64,000 nt of DNA from Octopus sinensis (lineage: Eukaryota). The stretch's first letter is position 1; each line of letters opens with the position of its first letter. The notes below the pieces were generated by a model, which was given only the letters and a program-made list of their open reading frames with translations, made no database searches and was not told the origin of the DNA. Location: assembly GCF_006345805.1 (NCBI RefSeq), contig NC_043003.1, positions 83,204,001 through 83,268,000 of the forward strand. Reading direction: 5' to 3'. Shown here one piece after another: positions 12,858-25,373 of the stretch. Made by a program: the position numbers and the translations under genes.

Positions 12858-13175
12858 ATTATTCCAATTCAGACTCTTTGTATGCATATACTGATACAAT
12901 TCACATGAGTTTAATCCATTCCATGCTTTCGTAGAAGACACATGCTTAAGGTTTATGCAGAAGAGTCAAATCTGAAACCATAAATCTATGAAGCAAACTT
13001 CTTCAGTGCAGACCCATACTTAAAAAGGATAGAGACATTGAATAAAATAGTTATGATATATCATAATGTAGAAGGGGTGATAGCTGGAATGCTTTCGTTA
13101 TAGGACTGCTTAATCAATGCCCAACAGATTTATCAGCAACAACCAATGAACCTCTTTTACTACATATTGTTTTAC
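12858..13175 (+). repeat. Copy 2 of the diverged local duplication
   Basis: See 10319-10630; begins at the Tc1 breakpoint. Confidence 0.8.
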
Positions 13176-13507
13176 ACAGATCGATTACGCTGCAAGGCTT
13201 TGCTTCCTCCCTGTACTAAGTTGTTTCAAAATGATAGCCAGACTATCTGACATGGGCGATTCGTCACAGATTTTCTTCTTCGGCGAGGGACTCCGCTTGA
13301 AGAATTTTCTAGTTGAATAAATTGATCCCAGTACATATTTTTAAAGCCTGGTACTTATTCTGCAGTTTCTTTATGCCAGACCTCTAAGTTACGAGGTAAA
13401 CGAAGTAACGGCGGTTTTGAAGAGGTGGAGGAGAGACAAAACACAGGCACAAGACAGACACACGCACACATACACAAATAAACACACACACGCACATAAA
13501 CACAGAT

Positions 13508-13538
<31 letters not shown>

Positions 13539-14011
13539 GACCGACCCCACATTTTAGGAGTGAATTTGATCACAGGTGTTTAGGAGGCTAAGAAGGTTGT
13601 GATGGCTAGCAGGTTGTAGGTTTTATATTGGATGGTTATTAGTTACCTGCCGGAAGAGTGTCAATCAAAGAGGGCACCGAACTGCTTGAGGGACTCAACT
13701 CCTTTCATCGAATTGCATTCAAAAGGCAGTAAGGGTTTGTGCTTGGATTTTCTTTCATATCTTACATATTAACCCATCGCAGGGACTCCGAAAGTACTAC
13801 TGCTCCGAGTCAAAGTTGACTAGGGACCAATAGTGGCTAAAAGATGGTTCCACATACCTCAAAACTCTGAACTTTCCAAGCAAGGACCCTCACTACAGGA
13901 TGCAGTCTGAAATCATACCCAGGACAGATATGTGTGTATGTGTGTGTGTGTGTATGTGTGGGTTTGTGTGTGCCTGTATGTGTGCGTGTGTGCGTATATT
14001 ATATATATGTG

Positions 14012-14121
<110 letters not shown>

Positions 14122-14339
14122 GGGGGTGAAAGCAGTCAGATAAACAAACTGACAGACGGCCTGACGGAGGGGCGGACGGACAGGGAGATGGACGGGCAGT
14201 CGGACAGATGTACAGACGGTCGGACAGACAGACAGGCAGACAGATATATATAGATAAATAGAAAGATACGTAGATACATACATATATACATGCACATATG
14301 CATATATTATTAATATATGAATGTTTTACTTGTATGCAG

Positions 14340-14458
14340 GAGAAAAAGTGTCAATACAAGGTGTAAAATATGACCATATTTATTGGAATTATGTTGCTAC
14401 TCAAAGTTTCAGGATAGCTCAAAGTAATTCCATTCAAGTGACACCGACACAAATTCAC
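14340..14458 (+). CDS. Probable coding exon (GEKVSIQGVKYDHIYWNYVATQSFRIAQSNSIQVTPTQIH)
   Basis: TTTTACTTGTATGCAG acceptor, open frame, CAC|GTGAGT donor; phase 1 to 0. Confidence 0.6.
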
Positions 14459-15785
14459 GTGAGTTGCATTCAAATACAGTAATTCAATTGTGAAGAGTTT
14501 TTCAAACACAAACCCAGAACATGATATAAATTTGCTTAGGATGAGGCAGATGCTGTGTACTTGATATAATTAATATAATTAATACTAAAATTCAAATATT
14601 CTCAGAAAGATTTTGCTTCAATTTTGAGTGACGAATTTCTTGATGACACACGTTTTTGAATGTATTTTCGTCATTCAAACTTTATGTGCATATAAGACTA
14701 ATTATGAAATCTTGTATCAGTATCTTGAATTTGTATCAGCATCATGAAACTCTGGACATTACTGGCTCCAGTGTCAGTATTAAGGGGCTGGCTACTCGGT
14801 TTCAACGACCCATTAGCGAACAGAGCGCCAGTTTGTCGAAGGATCCATCATTTATAACAGAGTGGACTGAGCAACGTCAGATGAAATTTTTTGCTCAAAA
14901 GCACAACGTACAGCTCGGTCTGATTATCAAGTGCAATGCTCCAACTACAAGGTCACGAACCTTCACTTTTGTCTGGATTGGGACAAGGGTAAGGATTCTT
15001 CCCTCATATGTAAGATATAAGGGTAGATTTAATATATTGTGATCTTTGGTTTGCACTTAAATAACTGTGGTTACTACCGTCAGTGTATGCATTTACCTTT
15101 ACAACAATACACAATTTCATTAGAGGATTCCTTTTAGTTCAACATGTCATTGTACTAGCTCTTGACTGAGAAAATACATGGGATGAATATACCTTATTTT
15201 AAATGTATTTGTGTTTAACCTGATGTTGAACTTTCCGTGTGGGCTATTTATTCTAAGACAGTTGTCTATACCATTTCTTTTGGTATCAGTTTATACCTGT
15301 GTCTGTATAAGTATATTGCAGCTGGGTGGCTTCTGTGGTGCTAACAGATTTAGGTCTGCCGTTAGAGATTTATAATTCTGTGTTGTTTATATGAATATAG
15401 TTAGCCTTAACTAAACTCTTGCTGCAGTTATTTGTGCATATATGTGAAGTGAATTAATGCCAGCAGATCAGTGCTCATTTTATTAAAATGAAATACAGTT
15501 GTCTCTCTCTTAAGGATATGTTCTTACGTGATCCTCTTGTACAATTTTTGTAGTTGCGACGTGCAGCCCGTTGCGACTAAATGACTTGGTCAGTGATAAT
15601 CAATGAAATTACCATGTTTAGATAGCATCTCCCGTTAGAACACGCTTTCTTTACACTAAATAATGTCTGCTTGATATAATGACTGCCTGATATATCAAAG
15701 AATCGTATAACTTTAGTTCTGGTAAAAGACGCCAGCTGAATATATATATATATATATATAAAGAGAGAGAGAGATGAATAGATAG

Positions 15786-15794
15786 ATATACATT

Positions 15795-15883
<89 letters not shown>
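15786..15883. repeat. (GATA)n microsatellite
   Basis: Direct. Confidence 0.95.
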
Positions 15884-15886
<3 letters not shown>

Positions 15887-16435
15887 TTGGGTCAAAGAGT
15901 AGAATCTTCGTTGTTACTTGATATTTCACTTTCTGATTATCGAGCCAATTATTGTCTCGCATATTCGACAAATCGTTTGACATACAGATACGTGGATCTT
16001 TAAGTAATGATGGTATGAAGTTTAAACTTTGAATTATAATAGCAACATATATAAATCCACTTCATGTTTAGAGTACTTTATCCCCTCGTTTGTAATTCCA
16101 AACATACATATACGTATGTATGTGTGTGTTTGTGTGTGTGTGTGTGTGCGTGCGTGCGTCTGTGCGTACGTGTGTATGTGTGTGTCTGTGTGCGAGTGTG
16201 TGCGTTCGCGTGAGTGTAGGTGTGTGTGTCTGTGTATGTGTTGGTAGCATTTACAAAGCTATTCTTATTATTTTCTTGTTTCGAAGTCATCAGCGGAGAT
16301 TCTGGTGGTCTGGAAACTTGGGAGAAGCGGCACTAGTCTTTCAAGTGTCATTGTCTGAATAATTATATAGCGACTTTTTCTCATATATTTTTTGATACGT
16401 TATCTTACATTATGGTGTATATATATAAACATATA

Positions 16436-16675
16436 TACAAAATTAAGAGGAATGACCACTAAAATGGCATTTTGGCATTTTGCTGAGGGTTTTTTTTCTT
16501 GAGTGCACATTCTTCGTGGTAATGGCGATTTGACGTCTATGCTTAGCATATAGGGTGTCCACTTTAGTGGTCATTCCTTTTAATTTTGTATGTATCACAA
16601 TACTTAAAATTTTGTATGTATCGGATTTTTTAAATATGCTAAGCCACTGGTGTTAATTGATTAACATGAATTAAT
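16436..16675. mobile_element. Hairpin (foldback) repeat, internally deleted copy; family member at 26795-27061
   Basis: TACAAAATTAAGAGGAATGACCACTAAA ... TTTAGTGGTCATTCCTTTTAATTTTGTA plus shared flank ATATGCTAAGCC..TTAATTGATTAACAT. Confidence 0.75.
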
Positions 16676-16677
16676 TT

Positions 16678-16717
<40 letters not shown>

Positions 16718-17291
16718 TACTGTTGTGTATGGTGGGGGGGGGGGATTTTCTTTTTGTGCCTTATAATTTAACACTCACCTGCAAAATTATTTCCACTTAT
16801 TTCATATTTTTATTTTCATAAAATTTTCGTTGATTAATATATGTGTGTGTGTGTGTATGTATGTATTTGTGTGTGTATATATATGACTGTATGTGTATAC
16901 ATACAAACATTATAGATGTATGTTTATAACGATACGTTTCAGTTGCACGGCGTTATTCGTATTCTGACTTTAATTAAAACAAACTACGAATCTGCTATTC
17001 ATCTTGCTGAACTTGGGGTCATTGTTAAATGATGACCGGTAGCAGTATTGATAGATTATTATTTACTATCTATGAGAGAGAAGCAATTTCTATGGACAAC
17101 TCTTTAATAATACGACAATGTGAGCAAAATTGTATTTTGAATAAGAGAACTTGTATTTCGGATTAGAAATATACTGACAAGGCCAAACAAAGTTGCAATA
17201 ATGCGATCTGGTGGCCTCGGCACTTGAGGTAGCGGAAATGTACATCTCCGCAAGCGATATAGACTAGAGCGCATTTTGCACCAAAAAGTGT

Positions 17292-18050
17292 AGGTACAGG
17301 GCTGGTTGTGTGATAAGAAGTTTGCTTACCTATCGCTTGGTTTCAGGTACAGTCCTACTATGAGGCACCTTGGGCAAGTGTCTTCCACTATAGCCTCGAG
17401 TCGTGCAAAGCCTTGTAAGTTGATGTAGCAAAGGGAAACTGAAAGAAGTCCATCGTATATGTATATATCTACGTGTGCTATTGTGTCTCTGTTTGTACCA
17501 CCACCACCACCACCGCTTGATAACCGGTGTTGGTGTGTTTACGTTCCCGTAAGTCAGCAGTTCGGCAAAATGACCGATAGAGTATGTATCAATACCGAGC
17601 ATGGCCGCAGTTTAATGATTGAAATAAGTAAAAGATAAAAGATAGAGATAGGGGCATGCGTGGTTATAGAGTTAAAAAGCTTGATTGGCAACCATAGATT
17701 CTTCTGTTCAGTCCCATTGCATGGCACCGTGGGCAAATGTCTTCTGTTATAGAACCGAGCAGACCAAGATATTGTGAGTTGATATGGTTGATGGAATCTG
17801 AAAGAAACTCGATGTATGTAAACATATATGTATATATTTATGTGTACCTTTGTTTCTGTACTACGTTTGTCACCTATCGTTGCGTAATAAGCTGATTTGA
17901 TTAAATCCCCGTAACGCAGCTATTCAGCCAAAGACGCCGTTGGAATAAGTACCAATCTTTAAAATAAGCACTTGAGTAGATTTGTTTGAGTAAACCATTC
18001 AAGGCAGTGCCCCAGCATGACCACAATCCAATGACTGAAACAAGTGAAAA
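17292..18050 (+). mobile_element. Two adjacent degenerate SINE family D copies
   Basis: GGCACCTTGGGCAAGTGTCTT core and CATGGCCGCAG..ATGA(C/T)TGAAA tails. Confidence 0.75.
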
Positions 18051-18056
18051 AAATAC

Positions 18057-18286
18057 CTATTTCTTTACTACCCACAAAGGGCTAAACACAGAGGAGACAA
18101 ACAAAGACAGACAAACGGATTAAGTCGATTGCATCGACCCCAGTGCGTAACTGGTACTTAATTTATCGACCCCGAAAGGATGAAAGGCAAAGTCGACCTC
18201 GGCGGAATTTGAACTCAGAACGTAACGGCAGACGAAATACGCTACGCATTTCGCCCGGCGTGCTAACGTTTCTGCCAGCTCGCCGC
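18057..18286 (-). mobile_element. SINE family A, young copy with Tx1-like tail
   Basis: Near-identical to 451-680 in reverse complement. Confidence 0.9.
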
Positions 18287-18372
18287 AGAATGCATACATA
18301 CATGTGATCGCGTGTACGCGTGAGTCTGCGTGCGCGTGCATGTGTGTGTGTGTGTATGTGTGTGTGTGTGTG

Positions 18373-18403
<31 letters not shown>

Positions 18404-18450
18404 TTGCGTGTGTTTAGAAAGTAGGAGAGAACAGAGATATGAGATACAGA

Positions 18451-18489
<39 letters not shown>

Positions 18490-18894
18490 TGAGAGATCTT
18501 GCTGGACAATAATCTTAATTTTGTAGAATTTCGTTAAATTTCATGCAGTGTCGATCCTAGTTTTTCTCTAAACCAGATTTGCAATGAGTTATTCATTAGC
18601 TTGTTGTACTTACGTGATGATTAATGCTTATGTATTGTGTTGCTTGTCATCAAATAATAAATATTGGATATCTATACACTTTAAAGTATTCAAGAAAATA
18701 CATTGATTTGACTACGCAAAATGTCTCCTCCGCAGCTTTCTGTGCCTCTTACCTTCTCATCCCTTCTCTTTATTTCCCTTTCTATTTTGCTTTCTCTCTC
18801 TTTCTATAAAGACACACACATACACATATATTTCCTCTCCTTTTGTTATTTATTTCTGACTGTTTTCCACCTGCCCTCATTTCTTTCTCTCTAT

Positions 18895-19165
18895 ATATTT
18901 CTCTCTATCTGTCTAGCTATCTATCAATCTATCTATCTATCAATCTATCTATCTATCTCTATCTCTATCTCTATCTTTGTCTCCCTGTTCCTTCCTCTCG
19001 CTCTCTCTCTATCTATCTATCTATCCATCTATCTATCTATCTATCTCTATCTTTCTCTATCTGTCTATCTATCTCTATCTCTATCTTTGTCTCCCTGTTC
19101 CTTCCTCTCTCTTTCTCTCTATCTACCTACCTATCTTTGTCTCCCTCTTTCTTCCTCTCTCTTTC
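18895..19165. repeat. (TCTA/TC)n tract with a higher-order ATCTTTGTCTCCCT..TTCCT unit x3
   Basis: Direct. Confidence 0.85.
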
Positions 19166-19307
19166 TGCAAAGAAACAAGTCACTGTGAACCAAAATATAT
19201 TTTCTCATACAGAACAGTTTTCTTCTAACGAATGTTATTTTTCTATGGCATTAAGAAAACACTGAGGATATATTGAATTCTTTGAATGATAAGAATGTTT
19301 CAAATAG

Positions 19308-19465
19308 GATTTCGTCGCCTGGTTCATTCCAGCAAATATCACAATTTTAATCAAAACAGGCTTGCTTTTAGAAGAAGGTTTGTTCCTACTGCAAAGACAA
19401 TAACGAACGCCATTATAACAATTCATACTCTGAAAGACGCCATTCAAGAATACAGCACTCGATAG
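19308..19465 (+). CDS. Possible terminal exon (GFRRLVHSSKYHNFNQNRLAFRRRFVPTAKTITNAIITIHTLKDAIQEYSTR*)
   Basis: AATAG acceptor phase 1, 52 codons ending in TAG, ordinary composition. Confidence 0.35.
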
Positions 19466-19592
19466 CATTTCTTTAGTTTGTAAGAATCTGTAATAATGTG
19501 CAATGCGCAATAAAGAACCTTGCCTCCATCCAAATATTCAAATACAGCCTCAATTCTCTGATATGAAATAGTAAAATAAAGGCGAAATTTAT

Positions 19593-20469
19593 TTAGAAAA
19601 TAAATTTAATCTTGGAGGAATTTTCTGGAAACGTTTTTGTTTTATATTTTTACGTATAGAATTTACTATCAAAATTCAAATAGGTTTTAAATTTATCAGT
19701 GCTCTAGTTATATATAGTTTAAAAACTTCAAAATTAAATTATATTCATGCAGCAATGAGTATCTCACTTTTACGTGCTGTGATTTTTATTTATTTTTCGC
19801 ATACATTTTGCAATTTTGCAATATTCAATATTTTGTAAAATTAAATTGATAAGATATGCTACTGGTAATTAATGCATTAAGAACGTATCCACGTTTATTT
19901 CAAGTTCAGAGTTATCTGCTGTATTCTGAGCTTCTATAAAATGCAGACATGTATCTCACTTATTAGAATTACCTATTAATATACTTTTCTGCGCTATAGT
20001 TTTTGAGATTAAACTACCATGTAAATTAGAAAATAAATTTAATCTTGGAGGAATTTTCTGGAAACGTTTTTGTTTTATATTTTTACGTATAGAATTTACT
20101 ATCAAAATTCAAATAGGTTTTAAATTTATCAGTGCTCTAGTTATATATAGTTTAAAAACTTCAAAATTAAATTATATTCATGCAGCAATGAGTATCTCAC
20201 TTTTACGTGCTGTGATTTTTATTTATTTTTCGCATACATTTTGCAATTTTGCAATATTCAATATTTTGTAAAATTAATTGATAAGATATGCTACTGGTAA
20301 TTAATGCATTAAGAACGTATCCACGTTTATTTCAAGTTCAGAGTTATCTGCTGTATTCTGAGCTTCTATAAAATGCAGACATGTATCTCACTTATTAGAA
20401 TTACCTATTAATATACTTTTCTGCGCTATAGTTTTTGAGATTAAACTACCATGTAAATTAGAAAATAAA
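19593..20469. repeat. Near-perfect 433-bp tandem duplication
   Basis: Units start at 19593 and 20026; TTAGAAAATAAA recurs at 19593, 20026 and 20458; I see one 1-nt indel. Confidence 0.95.
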
Positions 20470-20883
20470 ATTTTTCACTTCATTGAAGAGAACCATCATT
20501 TTTCAGATGGGAAATTATGATATAAAGTTATGATTTGTTCTCAAATAGGAATTTTATGCATCCCAAAACTGCTATATCGGTATCTATAGTATGGGATAGT
20601 AAGCTCTATGGCCCTCAAGCCCTTAAGCCTTTCAAAGAGAACTAGAGACACCATAACAAACAATACATCAATGGTAGGTTTCAATTCCAATGCTACAAAC
20701 ATTAGCGCACGTATGCAGACGCACAGACGCGCGCTCGCACACACACACTCATACTCACAGAAGCACAAAGCATAGACAAACACAAATACACACAAGAGAT
20801 CACACCGATACAGGCAGATAGGTTGAAAGATACGAAATAATGTACAGCAACTATCTACGATATATATATATATACAAATAGTG

Positions 20884-21083
20884 ATAACGATCCTTTCTAC
20901 TAAAAGCATAAGGCCTGAAATGACACACCCCAAAAGTTTCACTGGTACTTAGTTTTAGCGACCACGAAGTGATGAAAAGCAAAGTTGACCTCAGCAGAAT
21001 TTGAACTCAGAACATAGCGACAGGCGGAATAACGCTAAACTTCTCGTCCTCCGTGCTACTGATTCTGCCAACTCGCTGCCTTC
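20884..21083 (-). mobile_element. SINE family A, old copy with alternative tail
   Basis: Degenerate head and core, tail containing AGGCCTGAAA on the + strand. Confidence 0.7.
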
Positions 21084-21115
21084 AACAATAAAATTTATTA
21101 TTATCATTATTATTA

Positions 21116-21165
<50 letters not shown>

Positions 21166-21288
21166 AAAAAGCATTCGTGTAGCAACACCAAATGGCGCTG
21201 CTCCAGCATGGCCACAGCTCGTGAGCTGAAACTAAATGAAATGAGATGAAAACTGAAAAACATTATTATTATTATTATTATTATTTTG

Positions 21289-21848
21289 ATTGAGTGACGA
21301 GAGCAGTTCATGCCATCAAAGTGACACTGGGGTAAAATATACGAAGCCCAATATACCCATCATGACTACCCGTCTGATAAGGGTACACCAGGCACATGCA
21401 TCACAACCATTGTGCGCGACATGGTATCTCATATCAAGATAAACAGCACATGACCTTGCAGGTGGGGCCCAGTTAGAATTTCTCTTCAGGTTGAGTAGCA
21501 CCCACCCGCTCAAAAGGTCCCTGAATAAGGGTTGTTTAAGGATGTTGAAAGAAAACCACCCATGTTTCCAGAGGTGAATTATTCAAACCCCAAAGAATTC
21601 GTCTCAACACATGGCTATGATGCTTCCCCACTACTTCTGCTCATGATCAGAGATGCGCATATCGTCAGCCACTAGGGGACATGCTCAACTGGTAAAGGTC
21701 AAACAACTGACAAGCAAATCTGTGGTATTGAGCAGAATATTTGCTGTAACCCATCTTTTATACCAAGACAAAACAATTTACATGATAACACTTCCAATCA
21801 GTTAAGATCAGAAGCCATGAGAGCCACTGCCTGGTACTGCATCAGGGC
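21289..21848 (-). mobile_element. ~560-bp non-coding interspersed element embedded in (ATT)n; family member at 36826-37373
   Basis: End-to-end collinear homology with 36826-37373 in opposite orientation; both bordered by AAT repeats. Confidence 0.85.
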
Positions 21849-21849
21849 A

Positions 21850-21892
<43 letters not shown>

Positions 21893-21894
21893 TC

Positions 21895-22103
21895 AAATTT
21901 CTGCCACACGTGCAGCTTGGAGGAGGTGGGGATAAGTCGATTACATCGACCCCAGGTGTCAAATGGTACTTATTTTATCGACCCCGAAAGGATGAAAGAC
22001 AAAGTAGACCTCGGCAGAATTTTAACTCAGAGCGTAGCGACGGGCGAAATACCGCTAAGCATTTCGCCTAGCGCGCTAACGATTCTGCCAGCCCGCCGCC
22101 TTC
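21895..22103 (-). mobile_element. SINE family A with alternative tail
   Basis: Head and core homology to 451-680, different 3' end. Confidence 0.8.
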
Positions 22104-22264
22104 AATAATAATAATAATAATAACGACAACAACAACAACTATAATATTGATGATGATAATAATAATAATATATTCATATAAAGGGAGATAATTATCCAAA
22201 TTATATCACATCATAAAACAACGTAACCAGATGACCGTCATACATCTATAAGCAATATATATAT

Positions 22265-22304
<40 letters not shown>

Positions 22305-22430
22305 CTATAGATAGATATAGATAGATAGATAGATACGCAGATAGATATACACACACACACAAGTGAGTGATTGTGTGCGTGTTTGTGTGTATGCATGTGT
22401 GTGTGCGCGCGCGTGTGTATACGATATATG

Positions 22431-22487
<57 letters not shown>

Positions 22488-23673
22488 GAGGGCATTATAC
22501 ATACATGCCAAACGCTAAGAGGGACAATTAGTCATTTCTACCAAAAATATACTAATCCCACCGAATGCAATTTTTCAAAGTAAGACATTTAAAAAAATAT
22601 AGACCTGTATCACAGTGATTTCATACTTACGTACTCATCAGCAGCCTGAATGTATTATAATAAACAACGACCCTGCCCCGCTTAAGCCGATCAGCTAACT
22701 GCTCGACATCAACGAAGCACATGGGTGAGTTTACATATATTACATCATCGGATAAATGGCAAACTTTTACGAATTGCATTTCGGGAGAGGAAAAGTTTTT
22801 TCGGAATAAAAATTTAGCAATTAAGGACAACTACTTAATAAGGAAAACTTAACAAGAAATGTCAGGTAGATAGCGTAAAAACCTCATAAGAGAAAAAATT
22901 TCGAAAAAATTATTTCTTATTGAACATATTAATTTATATATAGAGGGCATTATACATACATGCCAGAAGGCATTATACATACATGCCAAACGCTAAGAGG
23001 GACAATTAGTCATTTCTACCAAAAATATTACTAATCCCACCGAATGCAATTTTTCAAAGTAAGACATTTAAAAAAATATAGACCTGTATCACAGTGATTT
23101 CATACTTACGTACTCATCAGCAGGCCTGAATGTATTATAATAAACAACGACCCCTGCCCCGCTTAAGCCGTTCAGCTAACTGCTCGACATCAACGAAGCA
23201 CATGGGTGAGTTTACATATATTACATCCGGATAAATGGCAAACTTTTACGAATTGCATTTCGGGAGAGGAAAAGTTTTTTCGGAATAAAAATTTAGCAAT
23301 TAAGGACAACTACTTAATAAGGAAAACTTAACAAGAAATTGTCAGGTAGATAGCGTAAAAACCTCATAAGAGAAAAAATTTCGAAAATAATTATTTCTTA
23401 TTGAACATATTAATTTATATATAGAGGGCATTATACATACATGCCAGAAGGCATTATACATACATGCCAAACGCTAAGAGGGACAATTAGTCATTTCTAC
23501 CAAAAATATTACTAATCCCACCGAATGCAATTTTTCAAAGTAAGACATTTAAAAAAATAGACCTGTATCACAGTGATTTCATACTTACGTACTCATCAGC
23601 AGGCCTGAATGTATTATAAATAAACAACGACCCTGCCCCGCTTAAGCCGATCAGCTAACTACTGCTCGACATC

Positions 23674-25373
23674 TATTTCTTTATACCCACTAGGGGCCAC
23701 GAAGAGGGAACATTACAAAACATGGGGGACATAAAAAATGCGATTAAAATTATGATTAAATGAATGTTAAAATGAAAAAAATGATAACATGAAAGCGATG
23801 CTAACGGCCCCCTCCGCCAGCATCACTTACCTTTCCGTTTCCTATCACGATTCCAAAGTTTTTTCACCTCACCTTTCATTTTTCTCTCATATCTCTCTAT
23901 CATATCATCCTTCATAAATGCTGTTATACAATTTATACGTAGTTCATTGCACTTGCTCATCAAAGAGCCCATGAGTTCAAAATCGAATACCGCATAACTT
24001 CCGTCCTCATACTCCTGACATACATCGTCTTCAAATAGCCTTCTTGCGTTCTCAGTATCCCCCTTCCCCACAACACATAAAAAGTAGGACTGGGGCTTTT
24101 GTATGTTTCTGTGTGTCTGTTTTCGTTTTCTTGTAGGCGGGGAGTGGGTGGGATTGCTGTTTGCGGGGGCAGGATGGGTCTCCAAGGGTGTGGGTGGTAT
24201 TGGGGTGGGTTGGGGCTTCGCGCACAGTTTTTCTTTTCTTTCCTTTTCTCTTCTTTCTGCCTCCTCACACTCTTTTTGCATCTCCTCCTCCTCTGTCATT
24301 TCCCTTTCCGTCTGCTTCTCTTTAATTTCTTCTTCTTTTGGGGCCTCCTCTTTTGTAGTTTCCTCAACGATTTCCTTTTCTCTTGTGGGGGGGGGGCAGA
24401 AGCTCTTATGTGGCCCCTCAGGCCACACTTGTAACAACGTGGAGCTCTGCCCTCCACCCACACTCTCATAATCACGTCTCCCAATTTAATGCTCTCCGCC
24501 AGGTCCACCAGTACCTCGCTCTCCGCCTGCACGTTCAGCTCCACTATTACGCCGCCTCTCCAGCCCTCGGTCTTGACCGAGGCATGAAGAATCTACTTTC
24601 TCTTCTCCTCGTGGTCGCTGATCACAGCCGCCACAATCCACTCAGCCTCCACGTTTGGTGGCACTCCCTCCACCCTTACTCGTGTGATCCTTCTATTCAA
24701 GTACATAGGTAAAAGTGTTACCCTTTCTGACTTCACCGCCTTCACCGCCATCCTCCTCGCTGCAGTCTCACTTTTAAAATGCACCACTACAGTACCGTAC
24801 TTCGATCCTCGAGTCAGAAAAATGATTTCCTCCTACCATCTTCTCAGGGCCTCCTCTATCCATTCCATGTTTACGATCTCTATTTTCTTTCTATCGTTCA
24901 CGAACACCCTGTAAATTATGGTCCTCTTATTGTACCATTCCTTTCTTTGGTGGTGGTTCCAGTTCCACCTCGCCGCTGTCCTTCCTCATATACCTCTGGA
25001 AACCTGGCAATTTTTCTAGGTTTATTTCTTTTTCCTGTTCCGTCTTCTTTTTTGCAACTCCTGCGTACGTTTTCCTGTTTTTTGTCTCCACATTATTTAC
25101 ATCACCGATTTGCTCGTCTTCAGAGTTCGATGTCTCCGACAAGCTCTCAAATATCCATTCTTCCTCCGACTCCTCCACTAGGTAGTGGTCATCCATTTCC
25201 TCCGCCTGACAGGCCAAAACGGCCGTCAAAACAGAAAAAGTGTTACGCGCAGAACCAGTGGAACGCGAAACCGCTTTAACGCCTTTTAAAATTACCACAA
25301 CAACAACAATTCTTTTTGATCTTTTTTTACCGAATTTTACGAGCGTAAAAAAACACGACCGAACTCAAACTGA
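23674..25373 (-). mobile_element. Full-length ORF1-only (HAL1-like) non-autonomous retroposon related to Tx1/L1 clade
   Basis: TSD CGATCAGCTAACTGCTC..CATC (23648-23673 and 25374-25396); 5' end TCAGTTTGAGTTCGGTCGTG; disrupted ORF with RKTYAGV, RRM-like segments and VEGRAPRCYKCGLRGHIR knuckle; ~150 nt 3' UTR; no RT or endonuclease. Confidence 0.85.
23823..25196 (-). pseudogene. Gag-like ORF1 (~457 codons) with 2 frameshifts and 2 stops: acidic N-terminus, RRM-like, CCHC knuckle, Glu/Lys-rich, Pro-rich, C-terminal domain
   Basis: Stitched from ORFs 24927-25298, 24593-24787, 24296-24544 and 23823-24461. Confidence 0.8.

Noticed and set aside
22611-22640. CACAGTG heptamer in each satellite unit as an RSS/Transib end
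   Set aside because: No nonamer at 12 or 23 bp spacing, and it is not at a unit terminus
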